NCBI GenBank assembly: GCA_049616955.1
Contig: JBMZIJ010000009.1
Coordinates: forward strand, 348-64,347
DNA length: 64,000 nucleotides
Source: Candidatus Poseidoniaceae archaeon
Lineage (GTDB): Archaea; Thermoplasmatota; Poseidoniia; Poseidoniales; Poseidoniaceae
Direction of reading: 5' to 3'
How positions within the stretch are numbered: position 1 is the stretch's first letter; every line of letters begins with the position of its first letter. The notes beneath the pieces are model-generated. The model searched no databases and had not been told where the DNA came from. It was given only the letters and a program-made list of their open reading frames with translations. The position numbers and the translations under genes are program-made. Positions 29,645-40,658 of this stretch are shown one piece after another.

Positions 29645-30532
29645 ATGACCAATGTGCTTGTTGTGTACAAGAAAAACTTCGAATCCATCCATGATGAGAG
29701 CCTTGCTCAACTCGAAGCGATTCTTGAAGAGATGAAAACAACACATCAACTTCGTGTGGAATTACGTGCACGAGAACGGGTGCGACGAGCGGATTTCATC
29801 GGTCGTGATTTGGTTATTGTTCTAGGTGGAGACGGAACACTGACGTCGATTTCTCACAACATTGATGAAAATACACCAGTTATGGGCGTCAATTCTCACC
29901 CAATTGATGATGATGTCAATGGAAGTGTAGGATTCTACATGGATTCGACATTGGACAGTTTTGCCGAAGATTTCTCCGCTGCATTGAGCGGGGACGCAAT
30001 CGTGAACAATCTTCCTCGATTGCGAGCCATCATCGATTCAACATCAGGAAATCGATATACCACAGATCCAGCAATGAATGAATTACTCATTGCCAATACA
30101 CATCAATACGCTCCAAGTAAGTACCATCTACGTCGCGGAGAACGAAACACCAATCAACAAAGCAGTGGCCTCATTTTTTCCACATGGCTCGGCCAAGGTG
30201 CTTGGTTTTCACACAGTCTCGACCTCTCAACCCTTGAGAAATTGAGAAATTCGATCAATGACCACGATGTTGATTCGCACTACTTCGTCTTGGCACGTGA
30301 CCTTGGCCATCAACAAAGAAAAGAGGAGCCTTGGGCGTGGGTCGATTGGACAAATGAATCAACTCAAATCTTGAGTGACATGCACCGTGGCTATGTGGTA
30401 CCAGATGGATGGGATGAAGTGCATTTCAATCGCGGTGCATCCATAACCGTGGATTTGAACGCACCAAAACTGCGGCTTCTCACCTTCAGACAGTCGATGA
30501 AAGACCGCCTCCTTCAGTCAATAGAGAGGTGA
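29645..30532 (+). CDS. nadK: NAD kinase-like protein
   Basis: It has the GGDGT motif (VIVLGGDGTLT) and an NE motif (AMNELLI). ATG 29645 is preceded by GGAGGAGAGG. The longer ORF from 29501 overlaps the divergent gene. Confidence 0.75.
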   Translation: MTNVLVVYKKNFESIHDESLAQLEAILEEMKTTHQLRVELRARERVRRADFIGRDLVIVLGGDGTLTSISHNIDENTPVMGVNSHPIDDDVNGSVGFYMDSTLDSFAEDFSAALSGDAIVNNLPRLRAIIDSTSGNRYTTDPAMNELLIANTHQYAPSKYHLRRGERNTNQQSSGLIFSTWLGQGAWFSHSLDLSTLEKLRNSINDHDVDSHYFVLARDLGHQQRKEEPWAWVDWTNESTQILSDMHRGYVVPDGWDEVHFNRGASITVDLNAPKLRLLTFRQSMKDRLLQSIER

Positions 30533-30533
30533 T

Positions 30534-31280
30534 GTGTTGCGTCAAGAACGAGTTGTTCTTGGAGTCGATATCGGTGGTTCCTCAATCAAATGTTGTCTTC
30601 TGGATGCTCAGGAGATTGTTCGACATACGACATTGCAATACGAACATGGGAAAGATCCGAAGCATGTTCTTGAGATGATTTCGTCGATTCTTCAATCCTG
30701 GAATCATGATGGCCCAATCGGCATTGGATTTCCTGGTCTTGTCGTCGGAAATCGAATCGTTGATGCCCCCAATCTTGGCTCTGAATGGGAGGATTACGAT
30801 CTTCCAAACAACCTCCTGCTGAGATTCCAAAATCAAGTCTCCATCATCAACGATGCAGATGCTGCAGCACTCGCCATGGCCCGAGAAACAGAAGGATGGG
30901 AATTCGAGAACATTCTTTGCCTAACCCTCGGGACTGGCATTGGCTCAGCATGGCTCAAGCAAGGGAATTTGGATGCAGGAACAGAATATGGGCGAATGAT
31001 GCACCCTGACCTCAACTGTTCACTTGAAGAATGGGCTTCTGTTCGAACCATGAATCAAGAAAATCTTTCACTCAAGGAATGGACAGAAAGACTTGCTACG
31101 ATTCTTGATTTCTTACTCGAACAATTCAATCCAGATCGTTTTATCCTCAGTGGCGGAATTACATCGAGTTCTGAAGAATGGGTTGAACTGATTGAGGAAA
31201 AGATAGCAGTGCCTGTTGCAATATCGAAGTATGGTGATTTGACTGGTGCCGTTGGAGCTGCAAAACTCCATTCGGTGTAA
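30534..31280 (+). CDS. ROK-family sugar kinase (short, polyphosphate/ATP-glucokinase-like)
   Basis: Motifs are LGVDIGGSSIK, INDADAAALA and LTLGTGIGSA. No Cys-rich zinc motif is present. Confidence 0.8.
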   Translation: MLRQERVVLGVDIGGSSIKCCLLDAQEIVRHTTLQYEHGKDPKHVLEMISSILQSWNHDGPIGIGFPGLVVGNRIVDAPNLGSEWEDYDLPNNLLLRFQNQVSIINDADAAALAMARETEGWEFENILCLTLGTGIGSAWLKQGNLDAGTEYGRMMHPDLNCSLEEWASVRTMNQENLSLKEWTERLATILDFLLEQFNPDRFILSGGITSSSEEWVELIEEKIAVPVAISKYGDLTGAVGAAKLHSV

Positions 31281-31301
31281 AAAGTAAACTAATGTATGGA
31301 T

Positions 31302-31337
31302 AAAAAAAGGTGGAGACTGGGGCTCTAGGAGCCCCAG
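31302..31337. terminator. Bidirectional terminator-like element between the ROK kinase gene and the 16S rRNA
   Basis: There is a 9-bp hairpin (CTGGGGCTC-TAG-GAGCCCCAG) at 31317-31337. On the minus strand it extends to 11 bp with a G-U pair and is followed by a U7 run (A7 at 31302-31308 on the plus strand). On the plus strand it is followed by CGCTTTTCTT. Confidence 0.5.
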
Positions 31338-31350
31338 CCTCGCTTTTCTT

Positions 31351-32808
<1,458 letters not shown>

Positions 32809-33054
32809 TCTCGTGTTTTGATCCCTAGAGTTGTTATCGCAATTAATTCGCTGTCCTAAATTTCTTGGCGAGGTTATGAGCACTATCTCTTGCACAACAA
32901 AAAATACGTCATAATCTCAAATCACCTACCTGACCCTGAGCGAGCTCCTTCCCGGAGGTTTCTCAGAATCGCATGTGCTTCGGCTCTCGTCGTTGGGTGA
33001 TGGAAACCTTCACCGTCCGAGGACTCGGGTTCCAACGCCGTTCCCACCGACGCA

Positions 33055-33083
33055 AGCAACTCACCCACTCACCTCCCCTATAT
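33055..33083 (-). promoter_or_regulatory. Putative promoter block upstream of the 16S rRNA (ATATAGGGG + about 20 nt)
   Basis: The minus strand reads ATATAGGGGAGGTGAGTGGGTGAGTTGCT. It matches the block upstream of L3 (48836-48864) at 22 of 29 positions without gaps. It lies about 275 nt upstream of the mature 16S 5' end. Confidence 0.4.
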
Positions 33084-33157
33084 CAAGATACCCGACTCGA
33101 ATCGGAAGAAAAATGACGGACTGCAAGCCAAATTAACCGAAAAAATGGATTTGGAAC

Positions 33158-34369
33158 TCAAGATTCCCAAAAGGCGCCAAGTTTCGGTTGTTCGACTTCA
33201 TCATCAACAACAGTCGTTTCAACCACAACAGTCTCTTCAACACTGACTTCGTTCGATGAATCATCGTCTGAAAGAAGTCCGAATGCGACTTGTAATTGCT
33301 GGGCAAAATCAGAATCCTTCTCCATCCCATCAAAGAATGCAAGTTTGACGTACGTTCCTTTGTACAGATATGAGAGATCTAAGCCGGTATGCATACGAGT
33401 TCTGTATTCGGTAGGCTGGTCATCAGTTCCCCAAGAAGCGGTCGTACGCTCGTGACTCCTAATTGCCAAATTAAGCGATTTACCATTTACTTGCTCTAAG
33501 TACAGAGGTTTGGAATGAAATTTGTGTTTCTTGGTTATCGTTTTTCCAACCGTATCAAACACAATCTTTGGACGCCGTCCGTCAGCCTTTCGAAGGAGAT
33601 AATATCCAACAGAGAACATGATCAAATATGGTATGATGGTTTCGAAACCACTCGATTCTTGGAAGTACTCCGAATCCGGGTGTATCAGTTCAACATATCG
33701 AATCGAGTTTGTGGAGTAACGTTTGACTGAAATATACTCCATACCACCCTCCGGTTGGACAGCATACAAGTCTTCACCGCTAAAGGGGTGACTTCCATCT
33801 GCATACGTCAAATTCTCAGAGGCTTCACTTCGATCATCACACCAATTTGGCAGTTGATTGTACATCCAGTAATGACCAACCTCATCGAGATTCCAGTCTC
33901 TGTCAAAACTTGCTGAACGTACGTAGACCCAACAATCGTAGAAGTCACCATAATCATATCCAAAGACGACAAATTTCTCGTCGGCATCCATGTACTCCCA
34001 TCGAAATTCTTGCCATTCACTATCGTATTCGAAGGAGAATCGGAAATGTTGTTCTGCAACCTCCATATCAGAAAGAGATTCTGAGAAGGTTGAATACTCA
34101 TCGCTACAGTAAATCGTTTCATCTCCAAATTGAACTTCATCAGCATCGCCACAGATAGATTCAGGATTTGGCAGGATGAGCTCGTCAATTCCTGCAAACA
34201 GTGCTGTTAAGCACATTCCAAGACCGAAGAGCCCCATCAAAACATATCCAATCAATTCATCGAGGCCTAAAGCCTTCGAGGGAGCCAAAGTAACAATGTT
34301 TCCTTCGGTTCGAATTGTGTAATCGAGATCTTCATACGCCCAGATAATGTGTTCGTCTGAAGAGCGCAT
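33158..34369 (-). CDS. Hypothetical acidic membrane protein (2 TM helices)
   Basis: It is a long ORF directly downstream of secY. It has hydrophobic segments GYVLMGLFGLGMCLTALFAG and IIPYLIMFSVGYYLL and an acidic C-terminus. The ORF extends to 34420 with a non-ATG start. Confidence 0.5.
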   Translation of the reverse strand: MRSSDEHIIWAYEDLDYTIRTEGNIVTLAPSKALGLDELIGYVLMGLFGLGMCLTALFAGIDELILPNPESICGDADEVQFGDETIYCSDEYSTFSESLSDMEVAEQHFRFSFEYDSEWQEFRWEYMDADEKFVVFGYDYGDFYDCWVYVRSASFDRDWNLDEVGHYWMYNQLPNWCDDRSEASENLTYADGSHPFSGEDLYAVQPEGGMEYISVKRYSTNSIRYVELIHPDSEYFQESSGFETIIPYLIMFSVGYYLLRKADGRRPKIVFDTVGKTITKKHKFHSKPLYLEQVNGKSLNLAIRSHERTTASWGTDDQPTEYRTRMHTGLDLSYLYKGTYVKLAFFDGMEKDSDFAQQLQVAFGLLSDDDSSNEVSVEETVVVETTVVDDEVEQPKLGAFWES

Positions 34370-34451
34370 ATCAAAACCTAGAACATGGAGTATTTCAAAA
34401 GTCAGCCTACATGCAAGCAAAAGCTAGCGCAATCTCTTCCGTTAAAGCGGA

Positions 34452-36392
34452 TTACTCAGCACCGAAGAATTGTCGGAGCATTGGATGCATTTCCATGGCC
34501 TGTTCCTTCTGAATTTGCTCATAGGTACGCAGGATAATACCAACAGCCAGCAAGAGACCTGTACCGGTCGCATTACCAACCGTACCGAGGAGATCGGCAC
34601 CGGCAGCAAGTAAACCTACGAAAGCACCGGAGAAGTAGGTAACCGGTGGAATGTAGTTCTCGAGAATCTTCTCCAAAACCTTCGGATTCTTACGGAAACC
34701 AGGAATCTGCATACCCGTTCGTTCAATCTGCTTGGCAACGTCCTTGGTACCCATGTTGGTGGTATCAATCCAGAACTTCGCGAAGACCATCGAACCAACC
34801 GTCATCAAAACCACGTAGAAGACCACGTGGAGCATGATTTGACCAAGACTGTGGCCAAACATGTCCGATTGTTGATTCAACAACGGAATCAGCCAATCGT
34901 TGACACCAGCCGGCATGGAAGCATACCAGGCAAATCCACCTGATGCTGTCGTTTGACCGGGCTCATAGGTTCCGATATAATCCGACATCGAGAACCATCC
35001 CTGCCGACCTAAGATCGGCGTCTGAGACATCGTCGGATGGCTCCAGAACAAGAGCGAGAACATGTTGACGTTTGCGAGCAAAGCAGCCATCAAAATGACC
35101 GGAATGTTCGATGCGTAAACCAATCGAATTGGATACTTACCACGATGACCACGAACCTTTCCGTGGGTCAATGGCAATTCGAGCTTGCTCGATTCAGCAT
35201 AGGCAACAACGAGGAACACGATGATACTCGAAACAAGAGCAATCACTGCGTTCGGGTGCGTCGCATCACCCAGCAGAATCATTTCGAATCCATTGAGTGA
35301 AATCATTTCTCCATTCGTCGCCGTCCTGAACATATAGAAAATCATTGGAAGCGTACCTGCTGGCGGGTTTTGGACGGAGTAGGCCATACCAGCTGTAGTT
35401 GGTAGTGGAGAGAGCGTACCGACGAATGTCGATTGTGCAACACCTGCAGCGATGAAGAGCGACATACCGGATCCGATACCCCACTTGCTCACCAATTCGT
35501 CAAGCAAGAAGACGAGGTACGAACCTGCAAACAATTGAGCGACGATTACGAAGTTCGCCCAACCAATTCCGTACTCATCGATGAGGAATTCGGAAGGGTC
35601 GAGGAAACCGTACGTTTGTGGAATCGATTCAATTGGAATCATAATCAAAACGAGGAGTTTCTGCACGCCTTGGTACATGGCCTTGTCTTCACTGTTGGTC
35701 AGGTCAAGACGAATGATTTTGGCACCAGCGAACAGTTGCATGATAATGGAACCTGTAACGATAGGACCAATACCCAAGTGCATGATTGTACCTGATGCGC
35801 CAGCCATGATGGAACGGAATCCACTGAACAAGTCCATTGCTTGGCCGCTGAGTCCGTAGAGCATGACGTTGGTCATAGCGAAGTAGATGATGAGAACGAA
35901 GGTTGTTGTCCACATCTTCTCACCGAATCGAACGTGACGGTCAGGCTTGGTAATGGCCGGATAGACGTCAACGAATCGGCTGAGTGCGTACAAACGGCTG
36001 CTTTGATCTCCACCCCACATGAAACATGTGAGGATGGCTGCAGCACCGAAACCGAGCAGCAGTACACCCACAAGGAGGAATCCGACTGCTTCATCGTACC
36101 CACCCCATTTCTCTGGGCGGCAATACCACACAGCGATGAAGACAAAGATCAACCAACCGTAGAGTTTCGCATAGCGACCAATGATTGGAAGTTGCTTCAT
36201 CGAGGCAGGCAGGTCACGTTGGAAACATGCCATGACATATGCAACGTGAGCAACTGCGAGAACGATACCGAAAATGGCTGCATCACGGGCTGCTCCTTCG
36301 CCTTGAAGTTCATCCCACTGCCAGTAGAAGAGAAGACCGAAGTAAATTACACCAGTGAGAACAACACCGATTGGTACTGGCTTGTGTTTCAT
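34452..36392 (-). CDS. secY: Preprotein translocase SecY with an N-terminal extension of about 130 aa
   Basis: The canonical SecY core begins near residue 140 (YPAITKPDRHVRFGEKMWTT, then GIGPIVTGSIIMQL, YGIGSGMSLFI, KYPIRLVYASNIPVIL). ATG 36392 is preceded by GGAGGT, 16 nt after the L15 stop. Confidence 0.93.
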   Translation of the reverse strand: MKHKPVPIGVVLTGVIYFGLLFYWQWDELQGEGAARDAAIFGIVLAVAHVAYVMACFQRDLPASMKQLPIIGRYAKLYGWLIFVFIAVWYCRPEKWGGYDEAVGFLLVGVLLLGFGAAAILTCFMWGGDQSSRLYALSRFVDVYPAITKPDRHVRFGEKMWTTTFVLIIYFAMTNVMLYGLSGQAMDLFSGFRSIMAGASGTIMHLGIGPIVTGSIIMQLFAGAKIIRLDLTNSEDKAMYQGVQKLLVLIMIPIESIPQTYGFLDPSEFLIDEYGIGWANFVIVAQLFAGSYLVFLLDELVSKWGIGSGMSLFIAAGVAQSTFVGTLSPLPTTAGMAYSVQNPPAGTLPMIFYMFRTATNGEMISLNGFEMILLGDATHPNAVIALVSSIIVFLVVAYAESSKLELPLTHGKVRGHRGKYPIRLVYASNIPVILMAALLANVNMFSLLFWSHPTMSQTPILGRQGWFSMSDYIGTYEPGQTTASGGFAWYASMPAGVNDWLIPLLNQQSDMFGHSLGQIMLHVVFYVVLMTVGSMVFAKFWIDTTNMGTKDVAKQIERTGMQIPGFRKNPKVLEKILENYIPPVTYFSGAFVGLLAAGADLLGTVGNATGTGLLLAVGIILRTYEQIQKEQAMEMHPMLRQFFGAE

Positions 36393-36408
36393 TCAGAGAC
36401 CTCCTTGT

Positions 36409-36837
36409 TCACTCTTCTTCCCATTCGTCCCAGTCATCACCATCTTCGAGATTGATGGTTCCACCTGCGGCTTCGACCTTTTCGATTGCTGAAGCGCTTG
36501 CGTTTGCGACTGTGATGGTCATAGCAGCGTTGATTCGGCCAGATCCGAGAAGCTTGTCAATGCCAAGTTCTCCGAGATTAATGCTGTCCTTTCCTTCTGC
36601 CATGCCTTCAAGTTGGCTGACGTTGCAAGTCACGTGTACGTTGCGTAGCGAAGGGTGACGGTTGAAGCCGTGCATACCCCAGTGACCTGGCATGTACTTG
36701 ATTCGAGTCATGACACGATGCTTGTTCATACCTGCATTTCCACGGCCACCACGCTTTCCAGCGCCGCGACCGGCTTTCTTTCCACGACCATGGTATCGGT
36801 TTCGTCCACGGTGCTTGTTTGCTTTTGTACCCATCAT
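36409..36837 (-). CDS. rpl15: 50S ribosomal protein L15 (uL15)
   Basis: It has a Gly/Arg-rich N-terminus (GRGKKAGRGAGKRGGRGNAG). Its position before secY is as expected. Confidence 0.92.
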   Translation of the reverse strand: MMGTKANKHRGRNRYHGRGKKAGRGAGKRGGRGNAGMNKHRVMTRIKYMPGHWGMHGFNRHPSLRNVHVTCNVSQLEGMAEGKDSINLGELGIDKLLGSGRINAAMTITVANASASAIEKVEAAGGTINLEDGDDWDEWEEE

Positions 36838-36843
36838 ATCACC

Positions 36844-37314
36844 TCAAATCATTCTCTCAACGAGTGCCTTGATGTCATCGCCTCGAGAACCGAGAGCGCC
36901 ACCAACGACGTAAGATCGCTTGATACCGCCCCAACCCTTTGCGCCTCGAGGAGGGTGCAAACGGAAGACACGCTTCAAACCTGGAACATCCTTGACGGTT
37001 GCTTCATTGTTGACAATGGCTTTGGCGAAATCGCCAATGGTCTTGTAATCGGTTGCCTCTGCAACGATTGCATCGGTCAATGGTGCATCACCAGGCATTC
37101 GTCCACGCTCAGAAAGCATGGTTTCAACGGTCGCAAGGTCTGCATTGCCCCACGTGATGTAGTCCTTGGCCTTGCGAAGCATTCCGATGTACTGGTCGTT
37201 CTCAGGAATGATGACCGCATGGTTGACCTTGGTCAAGTTGAGGTAATCCATTGTTTCACGAATGGATCGCTCAACACCAACATTACTTCGTGCTCGAACT
37301 ACGATGAAACTCAC
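36844..37314 (-). CDS. rpl30: 50S ribosomal protein L30 (uL30)
   Basis: The N-terminus is VVRARS..G.......T...L.L.K.N..V. It lies between S5 and L15. Confidence 0.9.
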   Translation of the reverse strand: MSFIVVRARSNVGVERSIRETMDYLNLTKVNHAVIIPENDQYIGMLRKAKDYITWGNADLATVETMLSERGRMPGDAPLTDAIVAEATDYKTIGDFAKAIVNNEATVKDVPGLKRVFRLHPPRGAKGWGGIKRSYVVGGALGSRGDDIKALVERMI

Positions 37315-38084
37315 TTCAAAACCCTCCCAGTATTGATGAACAAGCGTTCTCGCTGTTCGTTGCTAATACGAGTTGTGTTTAATGTTTTGAGTGCATTAAA
37401 GGTAGCAGCAGCGTAATTGATGGTTGTTCGGGTTTGTCCCTTGGTTCGAGAAAGAACGTCGGTTACACCAGCAAGTTCGAGAACCTTCTTTCCGGTTTCA
37501 CCGATAACCAGTCCCTTACCCTTTGCTGCAGGCATCAGTGTGACACGAGTCGAAGCTGAGCGGCCGTTGACCTTGATTGGAACCGAGGTACCAGGACCTG
37601 CAGATGATTCCCAAGAGCCGTTTCCACGTTGTACGCTGATCAAGTTCAACTTTGCAGCAACGATAGCCTTCTGGATGGCATTGGATACTTCCTTCGCCTT
37701 TGCCATTGCAAGTCCGACGTAGCCATTGCGGTTACCGACACAAGCCATGACATTGAATCGAACACGTCGACCACTGTCGGTCATTCGCTGAACCATATTG
37801 ACGTTGATGATTTCGTCTTCCAATTCAGGGAGAAGTGCATCAATGATTTCGACTTCACGGATTGGCAGTCCACTTGCAAGAGCTTCCTCGTATGTAGTGA
37901 TGAGGCCTGTAAAGACCATGTTACCGAGTCGTGTACGTGGCGTCCAGTTACGAAGGTTGCTGATTGCAATCGATTGAGCGCTACGACGTCCTCGGCGGCC
38001 ACCGGTTTCTTCAGTTTCTTGTGGAGCATAAGCAAGGATCATACCTGGAGCTTGCTTCATGTCAATTGTTTCTTCTTCTGTCAT
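37311..38084 (-). CDS. rps5: 30S ribosomal protein S5 (uS5)
   Basis: Motifs are W.PRT.LG, V...GN.NG.VG.G.AKA and the C-terminal domain. There is a 4-nt overlap with L30. Confidence 0.92.
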   Translation of the reverse strand: MTEEETIDMKQAPGMILAYAPQETEETGGRRGRRSAQSIAISNLRNWTPRTRLGNMVFTGLITTYEEALASGLPIREVEIIDALLPELEDEIINVNMVQRMTDSGRRVRFNVMACVGNRNGYVGLAMAKAKEVSNAIQKAIVAAKLNLISVQRGNGSWESSAGPGTSVPIKVNGRSASTRVTLMPAAKGKGLVIGETGKKVLELAGVTDVLSRTKGQTRTTINYAAATFNALKTLNTTRISNEQRERLFINTGRVLK

Positions 38085-38593
38085 CAGTATGCCCCCTCGA
38101 TGGATGTTTTCGTTGTTTCAACCGCACCTGCAATCTTGTCGTCGATGTGTGCGCCGTTGATTCGGTCGTCATCAGGAAGAATTTCTTCGCTGTGAGGAAC
38201 GTTCAGGCCGGCCTCGACCATACCACGAAGTGCTGCGAATACACGACTACCTGGTGTGCTTGCAGCAAGTCCGATGTCAAGGACTGCGTCTTCATGTCCA
38301 GCAGCGAGAGCTGCCTTTCCGAGTGCATATCCTACGAGATAGGATGCTGGAACGGATTTCTTGGACATGTTGTCTGGCCATGAGAATTTCTTGACCAAAT
38401 CATTGCCTGTAACGTTGAGAGCGACTTTGTCACCTTCAGCAGCCCAAGTAACCAATTGGCAGGAGGTACGTGTGTTTGAGACACGAACAACTGCACGCGG
38501 TTGTTGGCTTCGTAGAAGTCGTAGACGTCGGCGATAATCAGTAAGTCCAGCCTTACGTCGTCGTAGAACAGATCGTCGTCGGTTTCCTTGCAT
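38084..38593 (-). CDS. rpl18: 50S ribosomal protein L18 (uL18)
   Basis: It contains RRRKAGLTDYRRRLRLL and sits in the conserved operon position. Confidence 0.92.
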   Translation of the reverse strand: MQGNRRRSVLRRRKAGLTDYRRRLRLLRSQQPRAVVRVSNTRTSCQLVTWAAEGDKVALNVTGNDLVKKFSWPDNMSKKSVPASYLVGYALGKAALAAGHEDAVLDIGLAASTPGSRVFAALRGMVEAGLNVPHSEEILPDDDRINGAHIDDKIAGAVETTKTSIEGAY

Positions 38594-39054
38594 CAGTTGT
38601 CACCTTCCTTGAGAGATACGCCTTCCATGGTCATTTGAGAACGCATGTGGGCAATGGAACGATAGGAACCACCCTTTGCTTTGAGGTAGTAACGTCGGTA
38701 CTGCGAAGGCGTAATCTCATCGGCCTCTCGCAAATCTTTGAGCGCACGTCGCTGAGAGCGAATGGTTCGCATCCAACGGTTCTTGCGAGGGTTACGAGCG
38801 TTTGCAGTACCCATTCGCTTTCCTTGACCCTTCTGTCGACCCTTACGTCGCTGTTCTTGGCGAGAACGTGCTCGAACACGAGAGGTTCCTTTGACAGCCT
38901 TAGCACGGATGAGTCCTTCTTCGATGAATTCACGGATGTCGTCTGCTTGGACGGAGGATGCGACCTCATCGATGTAGTCTGGATTGATCCAAACACGGTT
39001 TTCACCGCACTTGAGAATCTTTGCAGCAAGACGCTTTTGGTTTGTAAGTTGCAT
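38593..39054 (-). CDS. rpl19e: 50S ribosomal protein L19e
   Basis: It contains [25 protein letters not shown] and a basic C-terminal half. Confidence 0.93.
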   Translation of the reverse strand: [153 protein letters not shown]

Positions 39055-39698
39055 CAGACATTCCTCCTTCGGTTCAAGATACGAATCCCCAATTCATCAG
39101 CACGAGCGTGGATGTTCTCTCGCTTTCGGCCACCAACGGTTCGACCGATTCGAGCAGCTTGGGTTTCTGGATCAATGGATTCCAAGTCGTTGAGGTTGTG
39201 AACCATGACTTCTCGGAAGCCAGATGGGTGGAGACCACGTGCGGAAGCAACCTTACCGTGTCCAACTCGAACGAGGGAACCTCGATACTTGAAGTTGCGA
39301 CGTTGCTTGTTGTCCATACCGTGTGGAGCACGCCATCCAGATCGAGACAATCGCTTGTATCGGAACCATTCGGTTCGACGGAAGGATGGTGTCTTCTTCT
39401 TCTGAGCAGCACGGAGTGCGAGTGCTTCTTGTGTTGCTTCATCGAGAACAGGTTTTTGCTTGGCAACGTGGACTTCATCCTCGTCATCATCCCAATCATC
39501 ATCGTCTTCGAAGAAATCATCTTCTTCTTCAGCATCATCAGAGGATGCTTCGACTTCTTCAACAGGCGCATCGTCTTCCTCAGCAGCACCTACGAGGCGC
39601 TCAATGAGATCTGCCTTCTTTCCAGAGACAGGTAGGCCTTGCTCTTTGAGCAATTCCTTGAGTTCAGCTACAGTCATATTTTCATAATCGTCTGCCAT
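39054..39698 (-). CDS. rpl32e: 50S ribosomal protein L32e with an N-terminal SAP motif and an acidic linker
   Basis: The L32e core is SFRRTEWFRYKRLSRSGWRAPHGMDNKQR...GLHPSGF.EV.VHN. The N-terminus is MTVAELKELLKEQGLPVSGKKADLIERL, followed by a D/E-rich stretch. Confidence 0.9.
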   Translation of the reverse strand: MADDYENMTVAELKELLKEQGLPVSGKKADLIERLVGAAEEDDAPVEEVEASSDDAEEEDDFFEDDDDWDDDEDEVHVAKQKPVLDEATQEALALRAAQKKKTPSFRRTEWFRYKRLSRSGWRAPHGMDNKQRRNFKYRGSLVRVGHGKVASARGLHPSGFREVMVHNLNDLESIDPETQAARIGRTVGGRKRENIHARADELGIRILNRRRNV

Positions 39699-39704
39699 CG
39701 TTCA

Positions 39705-40247
39705 TCACTCCTTGCTGAGACGGTAAATCCCGTCTTGGAAAACACGTCGATCTCGCTTCTTGACCGTGGTACAGCGCTCAATGTTTGCTGCTGTTTGGCC
39801 AACGAGTTCCTTATCGATTCCTGAAACTGTAATCTCAACCTTGTTCGTGACTTTCACATCAACTCCAGGCAAGATGTCTGCGGAACGTGGAACTTTCTCA
39901 CCAAAGTAGTTGTTGACAACAAAGTTCTGTCCTTGGACAGCCAGTGTCATTGGGAAGTGAGAGTAGAAAGCCTTCAAGTGGTAGGTGAATCCATCAGTTA
40001 CGCCCTTGACCATGTTGTTCAGGTGAGCATTCCAGGTACCTGCCATAGCCTTGTCCTTGCGTCGTGGCAAGTCGGTTCGTACCATGAGACCGCCGCCATC
40101 TTGGAGGATCTCGACTCGAGACGATACGAAGGCTCGTGAGAGGGAACCGTTTGGTCCAGCGATGGTGACGACGCCATCTTCGCTGAGTGTGGCAGTAACG
40201 CCTTCAGGGATGGTTACGTTGTGTTCGATTCTGTCGATTTTTACCAT
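39705..40247 (-). CDS. rpl6: 50S ribosomal protein L6 (uL6)
   Basis: It has duplicated L6 domains. ATG 40247 is preceded by GAGGTGAAAAGC, 10 nt after the S8 stop. The longer ORF to 40307 would overlap S8. Confidence 0.92.
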   Translation of the reverse strand: MVKIDRIEHNVTIPEGVTATLSEDGVVTIAGPNGSLSRAFVSSRVEILQDGGGLMVRTDLPRRKDKAMAGTWNAHLNNMVKGVTDGFTYHLKAFYSHFPMTLAVQGQNFVVNNYFGEKVPRSADILPGVDVKVTNKVEITVSGIDKELVGQTAANIERCTTVKKRDRRVFQDGIYRLSKE

Positions 40248-40257
40248 GCTTTTCACC

Positions 40258-40647
40258 TCAATATACGTAGGCAAGCAACTTGCCACCAATGCGGGCGTCC
40301 TTCGCATCGTAGTGGTTCATGACGCCGGAATTGGTCGTCAGAATGAGAAGACCAAAGTCCTGAGCAGGGAGATAGCGTGTCTCCCACTTTTCGAATTCTT
40401 GTCGGCGAACGCTGTGTCGTGGCTTGACGGTACCGCATCGGTTGATGGTTCCGCGAAGTTGGACGACAAAGGCGTCACCTCGGCCGTTCTCAACACGGGA
40501 GTACTCTCCAATGTAGCCTGAAGACTGCATAATGTTGAGAACGTTTCCAAGTAGTTTGGAAGCAGGAGTCAATTCGACATCGAATTTTCCAGCTTGTTCT
40601 GCGTTGTAAATCTTGACGAGTGCGTCGTTTAATGGATCAAATTGCAT
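40258..40647 (-). CDS. rps8: 30S ribosomal protein S8 (uS8)
   Basis: It contains DPLNDALVKIYNAE and has typical length and position. GAGGTGAT precedes the ATG. Confidence 0.93.
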   Translation of the reverse strand: MQFDPLNDALVKIYNAEQAGKFDVELTPASKLLGNVLNIMQSSGYIGEYSRVENGRGDAFVVQLRGTINRCGTVKPRHSVRRQEFEKWETRYLPAQDFGLLILTTNSGVMNHYDAKDARIGGKLLAYVY

Positions 40648-40658
40648 TCATAATCACC

